From contig JBAZGA010000005.1 in NCBI GenBank assembly GCA_041653115.1, positions 2,296 to 66,295 of the forward strand: 64,000 bases of DNA. Direction: 5' to 3'. The notes beneath the pieces were generated by a model. The model was not told the origin of the DNA, ran no database searches, and saw only the letters and a program-made list of their open reading frames with translations. Positions 58,524-64,000 of the stretch are shown piece by piece; within the stretch, counting starts at the first letter, position 1; each line of letters begins with the position of its first letter. Source of the DNA: Candidatus Omnitrophota bacterium. GTDB taxonomy: Bacteria > Omnitrophota > Gorgyraeia > Gygaellales > Profunditerraquicolaceae. A program made the position numbers and the translations under genes.

Positions 58524-59765
58524 ATGGAAGAAAAAAAGAGCAGCCTGAAAGGTGTAGTTATAAGTTTAATTTTTGCCAGCTGTCTTTTTCTTACGGCAGG
58601 TTTATCGTACGCCGAGATTATCAGCGAAGCATTACCCAAAAGGGAGGGGCTAAAGGCCGGCGAAATTATTTTTCATTCCGCGCTAAAGACTTCCGTCCAG
58701 TTCGATTCTAATATTTATCTCTCGCCTAATGATGCGAAGGACGATATTATCACCATCATTAACCCGTCGTTCGGCTTTAAAATACCGCTGCGCGAGAATA
58801 ATTTCAGCCTTGAGTATGACGCTTTTATCAACCGCTTTGCGCGTTTTAATGAAAACAGCCATACAGACCACCGCATCCAGGCAGACGCCGAAATCAATCT
58901 TACCGATTACAAGATATCTATTACCGACCTTTATTACCGTTTAACCGACCGCGCCGGGACAGAAGATGTTAACCGCACCAAGCGCCAGACGAATCTCTTC
59001 AGGTCGGGCATCAGCACTGAACGCGACCAGTTAAGGTTTGACTTAAGCTACAGCAACATATTGGAGCAGTTTCTTAGCAATGATATTTTCTTCAATGACT
59101 GGACTTATAAAGCCAAAAGCAGTATGACGCACCTGGTTGATTTGGAAAGCAGTTACAGGTTCCGGCCAAAAACCTCATTCGTCTGGGAAAACGCCGTAGG
59201 ATACGTAGATTATTACAAGGACAACGGCCTTTTCCCGAATTCAACTTATATTGAATCCCTGGCAGGGATTAAGGGAGAATGGTACAGCAAGCTTACTACC
59301 GACGTACGGGCAGGCGTCAGGTTCCAGGAATACGAGAGTTCTTCCTATATTAACGATGAAAATTACTGCAACTTGGAAGCCAGGGGAAGCGTAGATTACA
59401 CTTTTACTCCGGATGATACCCTTAACCTGAGAATAACAAAAACTACTTACCCTTCCACTTACCAGGATATGAATTATTATTCGGTAAATATGCTCGGCCT
59501 GAATTATTCCCATAGATTTTATAAAATGCTGGTCAGCCTCTTTGGCGCGGCTCAATATAATACTTATCCCAAGGATTCCACGGAAGGCGGCATAAGCGCC
59601 AAAAGGAAAGATTGGCTTTATTCCGGCGGCTGCTCCTGGAGATACGATGTCCGCAAATGGGTTTCCCTGGAAGCTAAATATGAATACTCAACAAGAGATT
59701 CCCGCTTCGACACCCTTGATTACCGACAGCACCTGACTACCTTAGCCTGCACCGTGGGGTTTTAA
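58524..59765 (+). CDS. Outer-membrane beta-barrel protein of polysaccharide export loci (hypothetical)
   Basis: Signal peptide, alternating amphipathic beta-strand pattern, C-terminal aromatic residue (…CTVGF). Confidence 0.5.
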   Translation: MEEKKSSLKGVVISLIFASCLFLTAGLSYAEIISEALPKREGLKAGEIIFHSALKTSVQFDSNIYLSPNDAKDDIITIINPSFGFKIPLRENNFSLEYDAFINRFARFNENSHTDHRIQADAEINLTDYKISITDLYYRLTDRAGTEDVNRTKRQTNLFRSGISTERDQLRFDLSYSNILEQFLSNDIFFNDWTYKAKSSMTHLVDLESSYRFRPKTSFVWENAVGYVDYYKDNGLFPNSTYIESLAGIKGEWYSKLTTDVRAGVRFQEYESSSYINDENYCNLEARGSVDYTFTPDDTLNLRITKTTYPSTYQDMNYYSVNMLGLNYSHRFYKMLVSLFGAAQYNTYPKDSTEGGISAKRKDWLYSGGCSWRYDVRKWVSLEAKYEYSTRDSRFDTLDYRQHLTTLACTVGF

Positions 59766-59766
59766 G

Positions 59767-60393
59767 TTGATTTCATCTTGTAAACACCTACAGCAAAAAA
59801 CCACCGTTAGCAAAGCGGTGGTTGCGGTGGTTTTTGTTTTATTATTCCTGTTTATCGTTCCCGCATGCGCTTTATCCGCCGATACCATCTCTAAGTATAA
59901 ACTACAGCCGTCCGATATTTTAAATATAACCGTGCATGGGCACCCGGATTTGACTACCAAAACGCGCGTTACTTCCGACGGCAGCATATCCTTTCCGCTG
60001 GTCGGAAAGGTCAAGGTAGAGGGTTTAACCGTCCAGGAGCTGGAGTCTTCCTTAAAGGCATCGCTGGAAGAGAAATATCTGGTCAGCGCGCCGGTATTGA
60101 TTTTTATCGAAGAATACCATCCCCGCCAGGTTTCCCTGGTGGGCGAAGTCGCCAAACCCGGGAAATACGATATGCCTCAAGAAAAAGATATGACGCTTCT
60201 TGAAGCCATTGCCATGGCAGGGGGATTTACCAAGGACGCCCTGACGCAGAAAGTAAAGATAATGCGCACGGAAGATAGTAAAGAAAAGGTAATTACCGTG
60301 AACGCCAAGGAAATTACCCTTAAAGGGAAAAAAGAAAAAGATATAATCCTTAAGCCGGATGATGTCATCGTCGTCCCGGAAAGCTTCTTTTAA
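59767..60393 (+). CDS. wza: Polysaccharide export periplasmic protein (Wza/Poly_export + SLBB)
   Basis: ILNITVHGHPDLTTKTRVTSDGSISFPLVGKVKVEGLTVQELE Poly_export motif; apparent TTG start 2 nt after the upstream stop. Confidence 0.75.
   Translation: MISSCKHLQQKTTVSKAVVAVVFVLLFLFIVPACALSADTISKYKLQPSDILNITVHGHPDLTTKTRVTSDGSISFPLVGKVKVEGLTVQELESSLKASLEEKYLVSAPVLIFIEEYHPRQVSLVGEVAKPGKYDMPQEKDMTLLEAIAMAGGFTKDALTQKVKIMRTEDSKEKVITVNAKEITLKGKKEKDIILKPDDVIVVPESFF
59794..59840 (+). terminator. Terminator-like hairpin with T-run overlapping the 5' coding region of the Wza-like gene
   Basis: AAAAAACCACCG...CGGTGGTTGCGGTGGTTTTTGTTTT. Confidence 0.4.
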
Positions 60394-60394
60394 G

Positions 60395-62185
60395 ATGGAA
60401 GATAAAAATAAACCCAAGAATAAATTAAAGAACTTAGCCGTAAAGACGGCAGCGAAGGCAGGGGCTACGCTTAAGAATATCTCCAATAATAAGCAGGCGC
60501 TGGATGCCCTGGAGAAGTTCCAGCAGTCTATAGAAAATCCGCACTTGAGGAATTATTTCGATATCTTATTGCGCCGGCGCGAAATAATCGTGACTTTTTT
60601 TGTGACCGTAGTCCTTCTGGTGGGTATCGGAAGCTTTATCATCAGGCCGGTGTACCGCGCCACAGCCACCCTTTTAATCGATGTGGAAAGCCCGAATATC
60701 CTTACTGCTTCGGGTTCTGTGGCAATGGGCTCCGAGAATTACTATACCTATAAGGAATATTTCCAGAGCCAGATGGAGATTATTACCTCGCGGCCCATCG
60801 CGCGCCAGGTATTCAATGAGCTGGGCCTTGGCAATGCCCGGGCATATCGCCGCGCAAAAGACCCGATAAAGAGCTTTCTTAAAAGCATAACCGTAGAGCC
60901 TGTGCGGGACACCCGTTTGCTTAAATTGCACGTAGAGAATAAAGACCCTGTTTTGGCGGAAAAGACAGCCAATCTTATGGCGCGGACTTATGTGATGCGT
61001 AACCTCGCTTACATCAGCAAGAACGAGCTGCTTAACCTTTTAAAGAATGAATATCTAAAATTACAGACAAAACTCTCCGAATATAACAAGATTTATAAGG
61101 ATGAGCATCCGGAAATGATTAAGCTCAGGCAGGAAATAGCCGAGCTGGTAAAGAAAATCCAGCAGGAAAACGAGGCAGTTCCCATTGGCGAAGGCGGAGA
61201 AGGCGATAGCGGGAAGCAGGATGTTTTTCGCGGCCTGAAGGCAAACAATATCAGTATTGTTTCTCCCGCCGAAGTCCCGGTTAACCCGGTGAGGCCCAAG
61301 AAAAGGCTGAATTTGCTGATTGCGCTTATTGTTGGCGCCTTTGGCGGCGTGGGCCTGGCTTTTCTCTTTGAATATCTTGATGATACCGTCAAGGGCGTGG
61401 AAGAAATAGAGTCTTCCGCAGATGTGGCGATACTGGGGAATATCCCGGAGATTGATCCTGATGATACGATGGGCGAAAAAGAGAAAGACATCATTACGCA
61501 TATAAAGCCCAAGGACCCGATATCCGAAGCTTTCAAGACATTCAGGACGAATATTACGATGCTTTCCACGCAAGAGCACCCGATAAAGAGCCTGCTGATT
61601 ACCAGTCCCGGGCCTTCCGAAGGAAAGACTTTCAGCGCCTGTAATCTTGCTATCGCGATGGCGCAGAATAATAAGCGCGTGCTCCTGGTGGACGCGGATA
61701 TGCGCCGGCCCCGCCTCAATAGCATTCTCGATAAAGAGAATAAAACCGGATTGAGCGCTTTCCTTTGCGGGCAGGCAAAATTTGAAAGTGTAATCCAGGA
61801 AACCCAGGTAGAAAATTTATCCTTTGTTTCCGGCGGGCCGATTCCTCCCAATCCTTCGGAACTACTCGATACGAAAAGGATGAAAGAGTTTATTGCTTTG
61901 GCTGCGGCAAAATTTGACTTCCTCATATTTGATACGCCGCCCATAGCCATTATTGCCGACGCAATTATCATTTCCCGCCTGGTTGACGGCATGGTGATGG
62001 TAGTGGAGATCGGAAAGACTTCGCGCCGGGCGTTCGCGCGCGTCTCTAAGGTCGCCAGGGATATCAAGGCAAGGCTTTTGGGCGTATTCCTGAACAAAAT
62101 TTCGCCTAATGCCGCAAACCACTATTATTACGCCGCTTATTATACGCATTATTCCCAGCAGCAGGACAAGCCCGCCCCGCTTTAA
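60395..62185 (+). CDS. wzc: Polysaccharide co-polymerase / BY tyrosine kinase (Wzc-like: Wzz domain, P-loop ATPase, Tyr-rich tail)
   Basis: Two TMs flanking a periplasmic coiled coil, Walker A SPGPSEGKTFSACNLA, Walker A' VLLVDADMRRP, C-terminal NHYYYAAYYTHY; start set at ATG 60395. Confidence 0.85.
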   Translation: MEDKNKPKNKLKNLAVKTAAKAGATLKNISNNKQALDALEKFQQSIENPHLRNYFDILLRRREIIVTFFVTVVLLVGIGSFIIRPVYRATATLLIDVESPNILTASGSVAMGSENYYTYKEYFQSQMEIITSRPIARQVFNELGLGNARAYRRAKDPIKSFLKSITVEPVRDTRLLKLHVENKDPVLAEKTANLMARTYVMRNLAYISKNELLNLLKNEYLKLQTKLSEYNKIYKDEHPEMIKLRQEIAELVKKIQQENEAVPIGEGGEGDSGKQDVFRGLKANNISIVSPAEVPVNPVRPKKRLNLLIALIVGAFGGVGLAFLFEYLDDTVKGVEEIESSADVAILGNIPEIDPDDTMGEKEKDIITHIKPKDPISEAFKTFRTNITMLSTQEHPIKSLLITSPGPSEGKTFSACNLAIAMAQNNKRVLLVDADMRRPRLNSILDKENKTGLSAFLCGQAKFESVIQETQVENLSFVSGGPIPPNPSELLDTKRMKEFIALAAAKFDFLIFDTPPIAIIADAIIISRLVDGMVMVVEIGKTSRRAFARVSKVARDIKARLLGVFLNKISPNAANHYYYAAYYTHYSQQQDKPAPL

Positions 62186-62239
62186 TCCCTATTGTAATTT
62201 AAGAAATTTATGTTAAGATAACAATTTATAAGGAGGAAA

Positions 62240-62626
62240 ATGGTCCGTAAAAAAGTCCTTCGGCACATCTTTAAATTTCACGGCTTCCGCGAGAGCCTGC
62301 TCATCGCAGTCAAAGGGATTCTTTACCTTTTTCTCTATCATCGGAATATGCGCCTGATATTCATGCTCGGCGTCACGGCATTTCTTCTCGGGATCTATTT
62401 TCAATTAAAGGGCATTGAACTGGTCGCCCTTTCTGTTACCATCACCCTCGTATTTATGGCGGAGATTTTTAACACCGCGATTGAGATGCTAATGAACATG
62501 TTTACGGCGAAATACCATGTCAGGATAAAACTGGTAAAGGATATTGCCGCAGCAGTAGTAGTGCTGGCGTGTTTAAACGCCCTTGCCGCAGGATACATCC
62601 TTTTCGTCAGGAAAATTTTTAAGTAA
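62240..62626 (+). CDS. dgkA: Diacylglycerol/undecaprenol kinase (DgkA family)
   Basis: Three TMs and the EIFNTAIE motif. Confidence 0.75.
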   Translation: MVRKKVLRHIFKFHGFRESLLIAVKGILYLFLYHRNMRLIFMLGVTAFLLGIYFQLKGIELVALSVTITLVFMAEIFNTAIEMLMNMFTAKYHVRIKLVKDIAAAVVVLACLNALAAGYILFVRKIFK

Positions 62627-62638
62627 GGGAGAGGATAA

Positions 62639-63145
62639 ATGGAAATCGAAAAGCTGAAAGAAAAGACAAAAAGAGATTTTAATAATACGGTTTGCCTGAT
62701 GGGTATCATACCGTTTTTGTCGCTGGTTTATTTATTAGTCGGTAAAAACGCCTCCTTCGCGGCCATCCCCCGCGAGGCGCGCTATATTATGGCCATCACC
62801 GTAATCCTGATATTGGCCGGTATCGTTACCGGCAGAAAGCTCATCTGGGCCTTAATCGAGGAGGTCCTGGAAAAAAATAAGCTGGCGGCGATTTCCGAAA
62901 CCGTGCTTTCCCTGGGCCACGAAATCAATAACCCGCTCTTGATTATGCAGGGCAATCTTGAATTGCTTGAGCATGATTTTGCCAAAAATAATATAGCGGA
63001 TAATTTAAAGGAGAGGCTGGCCCAGGTAAAAAACCGCTGCGAGCGCATTATGGAGGTGACGCAAAAAATGTCCAGCCTCACAAGGCCGGCTTCCGTATCT
63101 ATCAGCGGCGATAGTAAAATGATAGACTTGGCGGGTTCCGGGTGA
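62639..63145 (+). CDS. Membrane protein with HisKA-type dimerisation/phosphoacceptor domain only (no HATPase_c)
   Basis: Two TMs then LSLGHEINNPLLIMQGNLELL H-box; the ORF ends about 80 aa later with no N/G1/G2 boxes. Confidence 0.55.
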   Translation: MEIEKLKEKTKRDFNNTVCLMGIIPFLSLVYLLVGKNASFAAIPREARYIMAITVILILAGIVTGRKLIWALIEEVLEKNKLAAISETVLSLGHEINNPLLIMQGNLELLEHDFAKNNIADNLKERLAQVKNRCERIMEVTQKMSSLTRPASVSISGDSKMIDLAGSG

Positions 63146-63242
63146 AAAATCCAAAGTTCTTCGGGAGAAAAATGCTTGTTTTTATGCCGGTTTTATTTAT
63201 AATATTAATAAGGAGGGGGCTGTAAAATATAAAGGAGGGAAA

Positions 63243-63554
63243 ATGAAGAATTGGAAGATTATTTTACTCGCCGTAGCCTGTGTCGCGCTGGTCATTATCT
63301 TCGGCCTGCTGAGCCAAAACCTTTATTTAAAGAAACAAAACGAATTACTGCTTGTCAGCCTCAATCGCATATCGTCACAAGTCGGGGTCCTGGAAACACA
63401 GATGACGCCCCGGGCAGTGCCTTCCGTTATGAAGCCGAAGGCGGCAACTTTAAGAAAAGCAGCTCCCTGTTTTAAGCCCGAGGCAAAAACAGCCGTTCCT
63501 AAAGGAAACCGCGGTTTTTTAACCAGAGACGGACGTTCTACTTACGGGGAATAA
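63243..63554 (+). CDS. Hypothetical single-TM protein
   Basis: RBS AAGGAGGG; N-terminal TM. Confidence 0.4.
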   Translation: MKNWKIILLAVACVALVIIFGLLSQNLYLKKQNELLLVSLNRISSQVGVLETQMTPRAVPSVMKPKAATLRKAAPCFKPEAKTAVPKGNRGFLTRDGRSTYGE

Positions 63555-63565
63555 TTAATCTTTAG

Positions 63566-63642
63566 GGCGGCGTAACTCAGTCTGATAGAGTAGTCGGCTC
63601 ATACCCGATTTGTCACAGGTTTAAATCCTGTCGCCGCCACCA
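63566..63642 (+). tRNA. tRNA with CAT anticodon (Met or Ile2), encoded CCA
   Basis: Manual cloverleaf GGCGGCG...CGCCGCC-A-CCA, anticodon loop CTCATAC; non-canonical D-loop (TG for GG) and T-loop TTTAAAT. Confidence 0.6.
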
Positions 63643-63663
63643 CTTTATCAATAAAAGGCAGCT

Positions 63664-64000
63664 ATGCGTAAAAAAATTTTAATCGCGGATGACCAGGAAG
63701 AAATCCTGAAGATGTTAGAGCAGAGCTTAAGGCAAAATAATTACTCGGTTGTGGCCGTCAGCAGGGGCCGGGACGCGCTCAGGATGGCTAACCTGGATAA
63801 GCCGGATTTGGTATTATTGGATATCGCCATGCCCGATATGGACGGCTATGCCATAGCGTCTGATTTAAGGAATAATAAATCGCTCAAGGATGTCCCGATA
63901 ATTTTCCTCACCGGCAAAGAACTGGAAAGCGCAGGCATCGAAAAGAGGATACAAGACCTCGGCGCTTATGATTATATTACCAAGCCTTGCGACCTCCAGG
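63664..64000 (+). CDS. Response regulator receiver domain (3' end truncated by the window edge)
   Basis: ILIADDQEEI...DLVLLDIAMPDMDGY receiver signature; no stop before the window end. Confidence 0.8.
   Translation, partial: MRKKILIADDQEEILKMLEQSLRQNNYSVVAVSRGRDALRMANLDKPDLVLLDIAMPDMDGYAIASDLRNNKSLKDVPIIFLTGKELESAGIEKRIQDLGAYDYITKPCDLQ

Noticed and set aside
61093-62097. 334-aa minus-strand ORF inside the Wzc-like gene (and a 172-aa one at 61061-61579)
   Set aside because: The + strand frame encodes Walker A/A' and the Tyr-rich tail of a BY-kinase. The antisense ORF is Ser/Ile-rich with no motifs. It is a shadow ORF.
1-64000. CRISPR arrays, IS elements, integrases and transposases
   Set aside because: No regularly spaced short repeats and no transposase or integrase-like ORFs were seen on either strand. 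The only mobile-element signature is the att-like direct repeat around the AbiE islet.

Overview
Bacterial chromosomal window with every confidently called gene on the + strand (about 75 CDS, 3 tRNAs, rnpB). Coordinates 1-32900 are a housekeeping backbone. It runs from a two-component system and HD-GYP through a glycolipid module, pcm, a corrinoid adenosyltransferase, TonB-like, CvpA, a Nif3-like gene, dnaG, rpoD, tRNA-Met, tRNA-Val, a COG1579 zinc-ribbon gene, rnhA and RNase P RNA. It continues with yebC, ruvCA, scpB, a compact pheA-hisC-aroF-tyrA operon, cmk, lepA, lepB, pgsA, plsY, gatCAB, ctpA, tsaD and mgtC. Coordinates 32951-33778 hold a bactofilin fused to an excisionase-family HTH, followed by a membrane-anchored HTH protein. 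Coordinates 33789-40608 carry a methyl-branch Wood-Ljungdahl module (LarB-like, FmdE-domain, AcsC, RACo, CooC, AcsD, AcsE) with no CODH/ACS subunits in the window. Coordinates 40770-43400 hold a coiled-coil membrane protein, a third HTH_17 mini-gene, and a small integrated islet (AbiEi/AbiEii plus a minimal SNase-like nuclease) bracketed by a roughly 60-bp imperfect direct repeat of the HTH gene's 3' end. Coordinates 43462-62185 are a large, partly AT-rich polysaccharide biosynthesis and export locus: a flippase interrupted by an in-frame TAA, a methyltransferase, three glycosyltransferases, two Wzy/O-antigen-ligase-like proteins, an ATP-grasp enzyme, a TPR plus carbohydrate-binding-like protein, a WbaP-like priming transferase, a SurA-like/HAMP/HExxH trio, an outer-membrane beta-barrel, Wza-like and Wzc-like BY-kinase genes. 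It is followed by dgkA, a HisKA-only protein, a third tRNA(CAT) and a partial response regulator. Several promoters share an extended GATGTTATACT -10 element. All calls rest on manual reading of the ORF translations and the DNA; no database searches were run.
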